From Pristiophorus japonicus (lineage: Eukaryota): a stretch of 64,000 nt of DNA. This document shows, piece after piece, positions 34,431 to 48,250 of this stretch. The first letter of the stretch is position 1. The number at the start of each line of letters is the position of its first letter. Below the pieces are notes generated by a model. The model was not told the DNA's origin and made no database searches. It saw nothing but the letters and a program-made list of their open reading frames with translations. A program made the translations under genes and the position numbers. Location of the stretch: positions 7,564,001 through 7,628,000 of the forward strand of contig NC_092002.1 of assembly GCF_044704955.1 (NCBI RefSeq), written 5' to 3'.

Positions 34431-36384
34431 CAGAGAGGGGCGTCTGACCCGAGCCACGCGAGACCACGAAAAATGCTTGAGGTGGGCAGGCCTGATGCGC
34501 TCACACGCTCAGCAAACGCAGCAATGTCTAACTCGGATCTCCAAGGCAAGGTTACAATCCGGGAAATCATTGTGTCTCTTTTAATATATGTGGAGAATTG
34601 TGAAACAGAATTTTTGTCTATAGTTAATATCGAACAACAGTACTTGCCTGAATATTTATTAGGGAAAACATTGGCATTGGTGCTAAAGTTTAGGTGAATG
34701 ACGGTGTTCCCAATGAAGTGTATAGCTGTAACAATGCACAGTCCAGCAGTAGTTGAACTTGATGCAGTTTTCATTCATGTCCAGTAGATCTTTTTAAGTC
34801 TATATTTAAAGCAGTCTGATTCTGAGCCACTGCTGTGACCCTGGGGGTATAGTTTAATTCGAGGCTAACACGCCTTTCGTGCACAGCCAGAATTCTATAC
34901 CCCGCAGCACCTTGACCTCCGACTATACGAAAAATCTAGTTGGATAGTTGAGAACTTATTATCACAAGCAATGACGCCATCTCCCTGAAATTCCTCTTTG
35001 GCCTTTCACCCCGTAGATTTAAATCCAACCCTCTCTTTTATTGGCTGTGGTGGTCCAACCAGATGTGAGTTGTGGACAGACCCCCCTCCGCACCCCCCCA
35101 TTTCCACCTGGGCATGAGCAAGAGTGCACACTACCTCTAGTTCGGCGTTAAATTGCAATCTTGCCAAGAGGCCAGAGGGGCGGCGGGTGTGGGAAATGGA
35201 CAGTGTCTCACTGGTGCAGTCGGAGGCGCTCATTGGAGTTTGGGGCCGGGGTGTACAGTTGGAGCAGAGCAGAGGGATCTTTACCTTAGCATCAATCTGA
35301 GATCGTGTAATGGGGCAGGGGTCGAAGGAGTTTTACTCAGCATCCAATCAGGCTTTACTTGACCTGGGAATGTTTAAGCATTAGGCTCTGGGTGCCTAAT
35401 GCTTAAAAAAAAAAAAGCACGAAGATCCCTCATCTTAACCACTACCAAATTTGCAACCAACTTTTGTGCTTCAAGCCAATAACATAATTCAGAACTGATT
35501 CTTATAAAAGGACATTCTGCAATCAGTAAAATGTGCATTTAATATTAAAACATGCACGTAATTCATCACTTTAATTAACAGGGCCTATAAATGATACACA
35601 ATGAGGATAATTTATCTTCTACTTGCAACGCTGATCATAACTCAAGGCACTTTTATGTTGCAGTCGCGCAGTTGACAGCAATTGCGTCTCTCATTGTCAG
35701 CCACACTGGTCAGTATAAATTCCTGCACTCAGCCTGTCCTGGCTCAATTTGCAGTTGAACTGATCGCCGACGGTGACCTGCCAGTTCATTATGCCTGCGT
35801 GCTTGACGGGAGCTCGCTGTCAACACTGGACTGGCTCACCGTCGAATGTTCGCGGCCCGCCCAGCACATGCTACGGAATCGGTGCGTGATGTTCCTGGGC
35901 ACCACCCCATGAGCCGGTTTCCCGTCAGGCCTGCAGCGAGACCAGTACGAGGCAGCGGGGGGGGGGGGGGGGGGAACGCTCTTGAGTCGTGCCCCAGGGT
36001 CAGTGAAAGTCACGCAACGTGGTCACGCGTCCGATCCTGCCGCCGGAGGTAGCACAGCCAGATTTTGTGGCTCTCAAATTATCAATTAAAACAGCGGCGG
36101 GGTGAACAAAACAGGCATTGACCTGCAGCCTGAAATTTACAGTGACACCACCCACTGACTGACCTCAGCTGTTTATAAACAGCCATGGGGGGAGACAGCA
36201 GGGGGGAGTGTGGCTAATTGGACAGCTCTGTGAAAGAGCAGGCACAGGGACGATGGCCCAAACAGCCTCTTTCTGTACTATATGATTCTATTCTATCTTG
36301 AAAAAAGCAATAAAACCCTTTCGCTCTTGACTCAGTCTCTCCTGAGTTATCAGTTTCGTCAAGTCGTGTCCCACATCTCGGACA

Positions 36385-36865
36385 TAGAACATAAGAAATA
36401 GGAGCAGGAGTCGGCCATTCGGCCCCTTGAGTCTGCTCTGCCATTCAATAAGATCGTGGCTGATCTGATCTTGGCCTCAACTCCACTTCCCTGCCCACTC
36501 CCCATAACCCTTGACTCCCTTATCATTCAAAAATCTGTATATCCCCACCTTAAATATATTCAATGACCCAGCCTCCACAGCGCTCTGGGGCAGAGAATTC
36601 CACAGATTCACCACCCTCAGAGAGAAGAAATTCCTCCTCATTTCCATCTTAAATGGGCGACCTCTTATTCTGAAACTATGCCCCCCTAGTTCTAGATTCC
36701 CCCACGAGGGAAAACATCCTCTCTGCATCTACCCTGTCGCGCCCCCTCAGAATCTTATACGTTTCAATAAGATCACCTCTCATTCTTCTAAACTCCAATG
36801 AGTACAGGCCCAACTTGCTCAACCTTTCATCATAACATAACCCCTTCATCTCAGGAATCAACCTC
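36385..36865 (-). mobile_element. CR1 LINE 3' end
   Basis: Minus-strand [39 protein letters not shown]; agaacataagaaatagg tail. Confidence 0.88.
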
Positions 36866-38714
36866 ATACACCCATTAAATTAAAAACATAAAATCTAATT
36901 ATTTCAAAGGGACATTTTCATTAATATAATTTACAACAGAAAGACTTGTACTCGTACTGCGCCATCTCAAAGGACCTCAGGCACTGTTAATTACTTTGAA
37001 GTGCAGTCACTGTGGTTACCTAGGCAAAAACGGAATCATTTTTGCATACACGCAAGATTCTCACCGCTAATGAGATGACTGGCCAGATAATCTTATCATT
37101 TTGGTTGAGGAGGAGGAGGAACAATAACTAGGGCACTGGTAGAACGGCCCACTCTTTTTTTAAACAGTGCTATGGGATTGTTAACATATACCTAAACAGT
37201 CAGAGTCTAATTTTAGGATTTCATGGATAGGACAACATGCTCCCGACAATGCAGAACTCCCACACTACTGCACCGGAGTGCCACCCTCAATTATGTATGC
37301 AAGTCTTGGAGTGGGGTTTCTGACCCAGAGGCGAGAATGCTACCCACTGAGCCAAACTTGACTTCCGGTTATGACAATGTCCCTTTACAAAGAATTATAA
37401 TTGAAAATTATGCCAGCTATTTGTGCCACTTTTGTACGGGAGGGTTTTGGAATAGTGACGCCCTTTATCACTGATCCAAATGTAGCATGACAGGTACACT
37501 CGGGCCTCTATGTAGGACGATCGCAGAGCAGTGAGCACGGGCGTGGTGGCGACAATCGCATTGTATATTATCCCTGTCCATCGCCTAACGGACGGTGTGT
37601 GGAGGGAACAATAATGATGGAAGTATTGCGGAGTTGGCTGTCTCCGGTGAGAGCGGGTGCTACTTGGCCTGGTGTTACTGGCGCATGTTACATCTCCACT
37701 CCAATGGGAGACCGTTTCTATTGTTCCACTGCTAACTTCAGTGTTAAGGTAACTAAGTTTCAGAACTGATTTACAATTTGGACAGTTGAGAAAATAAAGT
37801 CGCACATTGCTGTTGTTTGACAAAGCCATTATTAATCTGTTATTATGGTTCCTATTTATTGTTGTGGCTGTTTTTAAGTTTCTATAAATTAAATTATTGT
37901 GACCCTGTTGAGAAGACTGTGTTTGTATTCATCAGTTTCAGTAAATTCTGACCTTGGAACAGAGTTAGGGGGCACCGGTGATCGCTAGGTTAGCGGAGGT
38001 GTCTGCACGTGGTGATTCACCGGGCACAAGAGGGCGGGAGCTCGGGCAGGGGGACCCCTGCACGCTCCGACATTGTGCGCCAGCTCTCTGAGCATTTCTC
38101 AAGTCGATGCCCGTGAGCCTTGTTCGGTAGCCTGGGCACTCGAAGTCGGCATCCGTGTCCTCTGCAGCAGGGCTAGTATGCCACCCCGCCCTCGGGCGAG
38201 CCGGCACCCACAGCGTCCTATCCCCGGCAATCTGGCCCATGAAGCCCGGGCAACCCAGTTTTATTAGCCCTTGTATCTCTCACTCGCCGGTTTGTCCTGT
38301 TTGAATTTTGTGGGCCTGGAGGTTTGGAAAAGGCTGTTCTTAGCCCTTCATTGATCGTAAATCAGAACACCAGGATCTGTTGGTATCAGCAAAGATAGAG
38401 AAGCAACTTGCATTTATGTAGCGCCTTTCACATCTTTAAGCTTTTTTTTCCGTTAATTAATTCTCGGGATGTGGGCATAACTGACGAGGGTGGCATTTAT
38501 TGCCCACCCCTAGTTGTCCTTAACTGAGTGTCTCGCTGGGCCATTTCAGAGGGCAGTTAAGAGTCAACCACATTGTTGTGGGACTGGAGTCACATATCGG
38601 CCAGACCAGGTAAGGGCGGCAGATTTCCTTGAAAAGTGAACCTATTGGATTTTTAATGTTTTTACTGATGTCAACTTTTTATTACCAGTTTTATTTTATT
38701 TAAACTGAATTTGG

Positions 38715-39435
38715 AGGGAGAGAAATTCGGTCGGGGCACTAACTTTTGAAAGCTGGAAAAATTAGCACCAGGCGCTAATGAACCTCCGCTTTCACTAAAT
38801 TGGGTGTTAGCGCTCCAGGAAGGAAGTGGAGCGCTAAATCAAATGCTTACACTTCCGTTGGAGCACTAAACCACACAGGCAGAGCAGCAGTGGTGCAGCA
38901 CTGCACAATGTCCCGTGCAGCGCTGCCGGACTCCAAGGCTCCTTCTCTCCCTTACAGGGAAGGGTCTTCACTGCAGGCTCTGCATTGCAAAGAGTTAGCT
39001 CATCACCCACGGCAGCCACGATCCGGCCCAATGAGCCCCACGTACTCTAGCACAGTGGCGGGCTGATCGATTGCGGCTGAAGAAAATGCGGAAAAATTGC
39101 CAATATGCATTCACGCAATTTTTTTATTTCCCCTTTAACTTGTCTCCCCCTTCCCCACCCCCCCCCCCCCCCCCAAGCACCCGAACAACGCCTCCTGTAG
39201 CTGTCGGCGTTGTCGTTCAGCGATGCTGCAGGGAACAGAACTAAAGTTCAGGTCTGGGGGCACTACCAGGACGATGCGCAGGACGATGACATAGTGTTCA
39301 GCAGCCGCCAGGGGTGACCGCGGCGCAAACCTCGCGGGTAATTTAGCGGGAGTCGTGTCTTTCGTCTCGCCCGGTTGATAAGTCGTTAGCGCCCCGTTCT
39401 CCCCACCCCCGGAGGCGCAAAGGAGGCCAATTTCT
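38715..39435. mobile_element. GC-rich MITE-like relic (Harbinger type)
   Basis: ggagagaaattcgg… and …gccaatttc ends resemble the other MITE termini in this window; TSD not clear. Confidence 0.45.
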
Positions 39436-40437
39436 TAAACTTGAACTTGAACTCACACTCTCTGGATTATGAGTCCAAACCTCTGGATTACTAGCCCAGT
39501 AACATAACCACTAGGCTACCGGACTGGCTTATACTGCACTATGAGGCCCATCATTGCTCTGCTGAACAATACCAAGCTGTAAGGCTTTGTCCCATGTGCA
39601 CGCAGGAAGTGGCAACTTTGTGACATAGTTAAAGAGAGAATGACGCGTGTGCAAGTGATGAGATCATGTCATTGTGTCATAGCAATGGCATCAGATGCGT
39701 GCTGTCGCCACGGAAGCATCTTGCTTCCAGGCCCCAGGAAGGCCGGAGGCTGCCGAGAGGAATAAAGTGGCCACTGATCTTATAAGATGCAGTAATTTTC
39801 TTTGATTTGATGTGGCCATTGGCTGCGCTCAGAGCCATGGGAACCAGTGCCTGAAGCAGCCCTTGATGAGGACAAATTTCATGGGGAAAAAAAAAGTTTT
39901 AAAATAAATAACTTGGACCTCCCCCAATGCCAGTAACAGCGGAGGAACAGGGACACTCCAGCAGATAGATTCCATGCGGTTGCCACTTTAATCTCTCCAG
40001 TTTGCAAATGCTACCCACAAAAAGGAAAAGGCTGTGGTTTCCTTGTGTGACAGAAAAAGATTATGTTTGAAGGTTTGGGGTTTTGAACCGAGGAGAAGAA
40101 TTCGCTGATCCAGCGTCTAGCTGTCATCTGAACTCTGGGATTAGATTATTGTCTAGAGTTCATTCCACATTATTGTTTTCTTTATTCCAACTTTCCGTGT
40201 TGATTCATGCTGGAGTATGGTTCCACCACACTGCTGTTCCATGCCCACATTGCTGTTCTCCATGTATGAGCTTTGATAGTGACCAGGATACAGCCACACC
40301 CAATTCTGTCCTCATGTTTTCCAGCAGGGATCATCCGAGCAGTAATCAAGACTGGAAGCTATGGGTCGTTAACCTTCCAGGATTGCCCTGGAATTTCTTA
40401 GGAATTAAAGATTCTTCTTCTTAAGCAGTTCCCTGGA

Positions 40438-42025
40438 GTGGACTTGCTTCCACACTAAAATGAGTTCTTAGGTGACTGATGAGACCAATGCAGGACCTAC
40501 AGTCTCTGTCACAGGTGGGGCGGATGGTGGTTGGAGGGACGGGTGGGTGGGGTGCTTGGGTTGTTGTACGCTCCTTCCGCTGTTTGTACTTGGCTTCCCC
40601 ATGCTCCCGGCTACCTCATCGTCATAGGCCGTCCCTCGAAATCGAGGAAGACTTGCTTCCACTCTCAAAGTGAATTCGTAGGTAACTGAACAGTCCAATA
40701 CGGGAATGACAGTCTCTGTATGACAGACAGTGGTTGAAGGAAAGGATGGGTGGGATTGGTTTGCCGCAAGCTCCTTCTGCTGCCTGCGCTTTTCTGCATG
40801 CTCTCGGCGACGAGACTCAAGGTGCTCAGCGCCCTCCCCGATGCACTTCCTCCACTTAGGACGGTCTTTGGCCAGGGACTCCCAGGTGTCGGTGGAAATG
40901 TTGCATTTTATCCCGGCTACAGGGCAGTAGTGATACCCGCCCTCCTATATGGCTCAGAGACATAGACCGTATACAGTAGACCTCTCAAAGCACTGGAGAA
41001 GTACCACCAGCGCTGCCTCCGCAAGATCCTGCAAATCCACTGGGAGGATAGACGCAGCAACGTCAGTGTTCTCGACCGAAGCACTGACCACACTCGACCA
41101 GCTCCGCTGGGCGGGCCACATCATCCGCATGCCCAACACGAGACTCCCAAAACAAGCACTCTACTCGGAACTCCTACACAGCAAGTGAGCCCCAGCTCTA
41201 CAGATGGCTGAAGGCCGAGGTCCAACAAAAAACCCACGACCTAAGGAATAGATGGTGGGTGGAGAAAGCACAGGAGATTCAGCAGCTGGCTGACAGCCGT
41301 GATGTGCGAGGATTCTTCACCGCAGTCAAGTCCACCAACGACCCAAGGCCCCACCCCACTGCTGACCAAAGACAGGGAGACACTCATCGAGGCAGAGGAA
41401 ATGTTTTAAGGACATCCTCAAAGCCTTCTTGATAAAGTACAACGTCCCCACCGTACCTGGGAGTCCCTGGCCCAAGACCACCCTAAGTGGAGGAAGAGCA
41501 TCTGGGAGGGCACTGAGCACCTCGAGTCTTGTCGCCGAGAGCATGCAGAAACCAAGCGCAGGCAACGCGGGGAAAACCAGACTCCCCACCCTCCCTTTCC
41601 TTCAATCACTGTCCCACCTGTGACAGAGACTGTAATTCCCGTATTGGACTGTACAGTGACCTGAGAACTCACTTTTAGAGTGGAAGCAAGTCTTCCTCGA
41701 TTTTGAGGGACTGCCTATGATGATGCTCCCGGTGAAGAGACTCGAAGTGTTCGGCACCTTCTCGAACGCTTCTCCAATTTGAGCGGTCTTCGGCCAGGGA
41801 TTCTCAAGAGAGTCATTACATTTTTTCAAGGAGGCTTTGAGGGTGTCATTGAAACGTTTTCTCTGCCCTCCTGGGACCCGCCTGCTGTGACGTAGCTCGG
41901 AGTAGAGTGCTTGTGTCGGGAGTTTAGTATCAGGCATGCGGACAATGTGGTCCGCCCATCGGAGCTGATCGAGTGTGGTCAATGCTTCGATACTGGGGAT
42001 GTTGGCCCGAGAGAGAACGCTAAAG
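40438..42025. mobile_element. Cluster of rearranged RTE LINE fragments in both orientations
   Basis: [40 protein letters not shown] (+); QLRWADHIVRMPD (-); (tga)n tails at 41719-41725 (+) and about 40617 (-). Confidence 0.82.
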
Positions 42026-42281
42026 ATTCATCTCCAAGGCACTGCTGTGAACAAAACCCGGAAGAAAAATCATAAGGGGCCGTTATAATTAGAGGGTTTT
42101 AAAAAAAATACTCAATGAACGCTTTTGTTTATTAGCTATACAAATATTGGACGTGGGAATAAAGGCTGTTTGACAATCAAGAATCATCCAATTGGGGGAT
42201 GAAGAGTTAATTTGCTGTCCAATTGGTGGGAAGGCGGGGCAGCCATGAGGATGGACATGTCGGATGACCAATGGTGGAAGC

Positions 42282-42546
42282 TGTAATGTAATGAACCATG
42301 TGAGTGTGCTCACAGGGTTATAGAGCTGATGAGCTGTGAGTGGCTTAGCCAGTCATGTGTTATTCACAAGACTCAATAAAACCCCAGCCAGTTGGGTTCA
42401 GGAGATCCATGATGAGGCATGTGGTTGTGAGCTCGGTGGATGAACTGGTAATGTGTAGTGTGATGGTTAAACCTTTGCTAATAAATCAACGAGTTCTTAA
42501 TAACAATGTATTGCTATGAATTCTTAAGCAAAGAACTCATGAAACA
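42282..42546. mobile_element. Solo LTR, same family as 15054-16320, no Tx1 insertion
   Basis: tgtaatg start; gagtggcttagccagtca…aataaaacccc…gctatgaattcttaagcaaagaac. Confidence 0.75.
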
Positions 42547-43629
42547 TGAAAGAAAAGCCAGGAAGCGGGGTGAATGAAGGCGGGAAGTCACATGATGAAA
42601 CCTCCAGGAATACGACTGCTAGAGTTGGCGACCCGACTTGGAACCCTGGTTAGTTACTCTTGTTTGCCCCAGATCACGGACATCCAAGAGCTACAGCATG
42701 TGAGGTCAAGTAACTCTCCCACAGACCTGGGACTTTCCTGACTGATCTCTTTGCCTCCGCACCACACAGCATGGTGCCACTACCAACTAATCCACTGAGG
42801 CAGCTAACTCTTTGCGTTGATAAACTATCTTGAGCAGAGACCCAAGGAGGAAAAGGCCGAGAAATTCGGCCGCGCAGTGGCCGTTCTTCGGCCGCGCAGT
42901 GGCCGTTCTTCAGCCACTAACCGACCTGCTAAGGTCCCAATTTGGCGGGCAGGAAAGGCACATGCATTTCCAGCAGAAATTGCGCTGCCTGCCATATTGG
43001 TTGAGGTAGATGCACTGGTGTCGGGAGCGGACGTTGTGATTAGTTAAAGGTCTGAATATTTTATTTAAACTGGGGCCCTGCGCCTCTTGCAGTCACGCTT
43101 TCCTATTCGGTCCAGACTGGGCAGAACGGTCTCCGTGCCGTGCGTGACATGTTCGTGCTGGACTCCTCCATCCACATTGTGCTCCAGCTCTCTGGCAGGC
43201 TGCCCAGTACACCGAGAATTTCCTGGTAGAAGCCCATGCACCTCCTTCGGTGGCCTCGTCCCTCGAAGTCCGAGTCCTCTGCAGCAGGACTAATATGCGA
43301 CCTTGCCCTCCGGCAAGCTGGCACCTGTGATGTCCTACCCACCTTTGCCCTTGCTCCAGATTTGAATCGTCATTTCTTTGGTGCAAATTATTTTTTTTAA
43401 AGCAGGTGTGTTCGATTTTATTTTTCAATTGTTTCAGTGATTAACCCTCTCTACCCCACCCTGCCCAGAAGACTATTCCACATGTTATGTGAAAAAGAAT
43501 TTGTGTCCCTTTGTCTCAATTCTTTTAATTGAACCCATAAGGAGATGATGGGTTGCCCCAGTGTCATTGTCCCTTTTTCCTGCAGTTTAAACCTGAAAGA
43601 CTTTCTTTTTCTAGACTGTTTCATAACAT

Positions 43630-44640
43630 ACATAAGAACATAAGAAATAGGAGCAGGAGTCGGCCATTCGGCCCCTCGAGCCTGCTCCGTCATTCAATAA
43701 GATCATGGCTGATCCGATCTTGGACTCAGCTCCACTTCCCTGCCCGCTCCTCATAACCCTTGCCTCCCTTATCATTCAAAAATCTGTCTATCTCCACCTT
43801 GAATATATTCAATGGCCCAGCCTCCACAGCTCTGGGGCAGAGAATTCCACAGATTCATGACCCTCTGAGAGAAGAAATTCCTCCTCATCTCCGTTTGAGT
43901 GATTCCCATTCCTGGTATGAGAGGGGTTGTCCTATGAGAAGAGATTGAGTGAATTGGGGCTATACTCTCTGGAGGTTAGAAGAATGAGAGGTGATCTCAT
44001 TGAAAGATACAAGATTCTGAGAGAGCTTGACAGGGTAGATGCAGGGAGGATGTTTTCCCTTGGCTGAAGAGTCTAGAACCAGGGGTCACAGTCTCAGATT
44101 AAGAGGTCGGCCATTTAGGACTGAGATGAGGAGGAATTTCTTCACTCAGAGGGTGGTGAATCTTTGGAATTCTCTGCCCCAGAGGGCTCAGTCGATGAGC
44201 AATATTCCCTCTAATTATTTTTTTGGCACCGTACATATGCGGTTTTTGCATTGACAAGCCGGTTGCCCAGGAACCCTGGACCGCTGTGTAGTTGTTGATG
44301 AGTATATGAAAAAAGAAAGACTTGCATTTGTATAGCGCCTTTCACGACCGCCGGACGTCTCAAAAGCGCTTTACAGCCAATGAAATACTTGAAGTATTGT
44401 AATGTGGGAAACGCGGCAGCCAGTTTACGCACAGCAAGCTCCCACACACAGCAATGTGATAACGACCCAGATAATCTGTTTTAGTGATGTTGAATGAGGG
44501 ATAAATATTGGCCGGGACAGATATGAAATCGATAGATTTTTGCTCTCTCGGGGAATCGAGGGGATATGGCGATCGTGTGGGAAAGTGGAGTTGAGGTTGG
44601 AGATCAACCATGATCTTATTTAATGGCAGAGCAGGCTCGA
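43630..44640. mobile_element. CR1 fragments (43630-43895 minus; 43905-44200 and 44525-44680 plus) and a DeuSINE tail (44310-44520 minus)
   Basis: Same CR1 and SINE consensus as elsewhere in the window. Confidence 0.78.
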
Positions 44641-45133
44641 GGGGCTGCAGGTCCTACTCCTGCCCCTATTTCTTATGTTCTTGTGTTCCTGTGCCATTGC
44701 CCTTTTAAGACAATGTGTGCCATTGCCCTTTTAAATAGTGTGGTGTTGGCGGAAGTGCATGGCTGTGCATTGTGGGGCCAGGCGGGTGTGTGAATACTGG
44801 GATCAGGGAGTGGAGGGAATGAAATGTAACTCAGGGTGGTTACTGTGTAGTGAGGAACAGCTAAGGGGGAAACATGTTGCAACAGGATTGTGTTCACTGT
44901 TGAAGTGGCTACACATAGTGCCGTGAAGGAGGGGGTATCCAGAGACCAACAAACAGCGGAAAATACACCCTCGCAGGTTAATAACTCGTTTTTTGCCTTG
45001 AAAGAAACAAGAGGAAGCGAGAGAGAGAGAGAAATTGTGTGCAATCAGATATACGCCAGACCAGGAAATTGCTTTACAGAACCTCCGCTAGCCACGAAAG
45101 ACTGAAGAGGGAGAATTTTTTCTCAAGCCAAAC

Positions 45134-45138
45134 ATGAG
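45134..45138 (+). CDS. Candidate 5-nt first coding exon (ATG AG|gtagga) of a downstream gene, possibly Ena/VASP family
   Basis: aaacATGAG followed by a GTAGGA donor, in non-repetitive sequence after a GA-rich leader. No matching exon 2 was found in the window. Confidence 0.3.
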
Positions 45139-46884
45139 GTAGGATTTCAGCATTTGTCGATTTCCGGATGTGTGTGTGTGTTTCAAAGAGTTAATAACCT
45201 GTCGTTTTTTGGGTCGCTAAATGCAATTAATCTCCTCCTGCTCTTTTGAAATTAAGGGCACTGGTCCAGTTCTGACTTTGCAATGTTACCTAAACTTTCT
45301 GCAGATCTCGCGTTTGAAAATTATGAACTTTTTAAACAAAATGGCCCAACTTAATTGCCATTATATGATTTAATTAAGTTTTTTTTTAGACAAAAAACCC
45401 TAAGGGAAGAATTTTTGCTTTGGTGTAGAGCACTGTGAGATTGAAAGTTAAGCCTTATCTGTTTTGATTCTATCTGTGTCTAAGTTGGGAGTATCCTCTC
45501 GTTGCGGAATGTAGATTGATTTTTATTTTGTATGTTGTGTGCAGAGATATATTTCCAAATTCTATAAGTTTGCGTGCTAGAGATTGCCATGTTCTTCATT
45601 ATCATGTGAAGAAACTCTAATCTCGAGCATAGAATTGTGGAAATTTACAGCATAAAAGGAGGCCATTTCGGCCCATCGTGTCTGTGCTGACCAAAAAAAA
45701 AGCCAGCTCTCGGTCTGTAGCCCTGTAGGTTTTGGCACCTCAAGTGCACATCCAAGTACTTTTTAAATGTGGTGAGGGTTTCTGCCTCTACCACCCTTTC
45801 AGGTAGTGAGTTCCAGACCCCCACCACCCTCTGGGTGAAAAAAGTTCTCCTCAACTCCCCTCTAATCCTGCCGTTTACTTTAAATCTATGTCTCCTGGTT
45901 ATTGACCTCTGCTAAAGGAGCACTTTATTCACACAGATTTGCTCAATTTCCTTTAAAATATTACAACATAGATTTTAACCCTGGTTATTGCATTTCCTGT
46001 TATTCAATAGTTGCCTGCTAATACGGAAAAAAAAAAGTTGCTTTTAATAAGATCTGTGTGTAACGGAAGATTTGGTGAATGTGGTTTCGGTGATCTCGGT
46101 TAATTGCAACAGCTCCATTTGGCTTTTGAAGTGCATTGCAGCAACCAATTGTACCACAGCCAAGAGTAAAATGCTGAACTGCAAATACCCGGCCCCCTGC
46201 GTTTTGCATTAACACCAAGACTGGTCACACCGTCTCCTCCTGTAGCCCACTCTTTTCCAAGACTCCAGGCGGAGGAGTCTCTCCGCCGTCCCTCACTCCG
46301 AGAATCGACGAGCTTTTGAAACCCAAGCTTGTCATTTGCCCTACCACCACTTCCTGATCTGCCTCCTCGAACTCTGCTGTTTTATTGCAGACTTGGCCCT
46401 GCACCCAGGTTACTTGGTAACAAAATACATACATACACACGCACACCTTGCATGTGTTTGAATATAAAATGCCCTTTTTTCACCTGGATTAATTGTACAG
46501 TTCCTGTTGCTGCGTGGCTATGTAGGCTACCCGTTCAAGGAGAGCGTAACCGAAGGGAAAATAGTTGGTGTGTGGTGTATTTTAGTGCAAACGTTTTGTC
46601 GGGATTAAACACATTCTGCTTGCTGGAATGTAATCAATAAGTTCTACAGCCTGAGTTTTTTTTTTAAAAAACCGTAATGCCTTTTTCGAGTCGAATATTT
46701 AGCTCATCAAGATGAAGAATGGAAGAGCTGGGAAAGGGTTGACTAGTATCAGTGGTAAACATTCCCTAGGCAGGCACAGCACAAGCTAGATAAAGAGTAT
46801 AAAAGTCCACCTGAGCAGGCAGATGGAGCCTCGGTTTAACGGCTCATTCGAAAGGCGGCACCTCCTTCAGCACCGCACTGAAAA

Positions 46885-47345
46885 TAAAAGAAAGACTTGC
46901 ATTTATGTAGCGCCCTTCACGACCACCAGACGTCCCAAAGTGCTTTACAACCAATTAAGTACTTTTTTGAAGTGTAGTCACTGTTGTAATGTGGGAAGCA
47001 CAGCAGCTAATTTACGCACAGTAAGCTCCCACAAACAGCAATGTGATGACCAGATACACTTTTTTAATGTTCTGTTAATTGAGGGATAAATACTGGCCCA
47101 GGGCACCAGGGATAACTCCCCTGCTCTTCTTCGAAGTAGTGCCATGGGATCTTTTACATCCACCTGAGAGAGCAGACGGAGCCTCGATTTGACGGCAACT
47201 CTGACAGTGCAGCGCTCCCTCAACATTGCACTGCTCCCTCAGCACTGCAATGGAGTGTCAGCCTATATATTTTTTTTTTATGTGCTCAGCTTGAATCCAC
47301 AACCTTCTGACTCAGAGGTGAGAGTGCTGCCCACTGAGTCACAGC
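46885..47345 (-). mobile_element. DeuSINE, near full length
   Basis: Revcomp tail aaagacttgcatttatgtagcgcc through head agtgctgcccactgag. Confidence 0.82.
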
Positions 47346-47656
47346 AGTAACCCTGCACCTTCCTCCTACACTGCTCATCAAACACTCCCAGGTCGAAATA
47401 TAGAACAGGCTAGTTGCAAAGAAAAGTTCTTTCTACACTGCTCCGTCAAAAGAAAGACAGACTTTCATTCATATAGTGTATTTCATGACCACCAGACATC
47501 CCAAAGCGCTTTACAGCCAATGAAGTGCTTTTGGAGTGTAGTCACTGTTGTAATGTGGGAAATGCGGCAGCCAATTTGTGCACAGCAAGCTCCCACAAAC
47601 AGCAATGTGATAATGACCCAGATCATCTGTTTTTGTTATGTTGATTGAGGGATAGC

Positions 47657-48250
47657 ATTGTAGGGAAGTTATACTAACCCTGTATCGAACCTTGGTTAGG
47701 CCGCACTTGGAGCACTGCGTACAGTTCTGGTCGCCATATTATAAAAAGGGTATAGAGGCACTGGAGAGGGTGCAGAGAAGATTGACGAGGGCGATACCAG
47801 AAATGTGAGGGTAGACATATCCGGAAAGGATCAACAGGCTGGCTCTCTTTTTTTTTTTCTTGAAACCATATAGGCTGAGGGGGTGACTTAATAGATCTTT
47901 GAAATTATGAAAGGTTTTGATAATGGATACAGAGAGAGTGCTTCCACTTGTGGGGAAGAGCATAACTAGAGGCCATCAATATAAGATAGTCACCTAGAAA
48001 TCCAATAGGGAATTCAGAAGAAAATTCTTTACCCAGAGAGCGGTGAGAATGTGAAACTCGCTGCCACAGGGAGTGGTTGAGGTGAATAGTATCGATGCAT
48101 TTAAGGGGAGGCTGGACAAGCGTATGGGGGAGAAGGGAATAGAGGGTTACGCAAATAGTTAGATAAGGAAAGACGGCAGGAGGCTCGAGTGGAGCATAAA
48201 CACCAGCACGGACTGGTTGGGCCGAATGGCCTGTTTCTGTGCTGTATAAG
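47657..48250 (+). mobile_element. CR1 LINE 3' fragment
   Basis: [37 protein letters not shown]. Confidence 0.85.

Noticed and set aside
34191-34774. Minus-strand ORFs with CVCVCV runs
   Set aside because: Translation of the (CA)n microsatellite, antisense to the last MEIOSIN exon.
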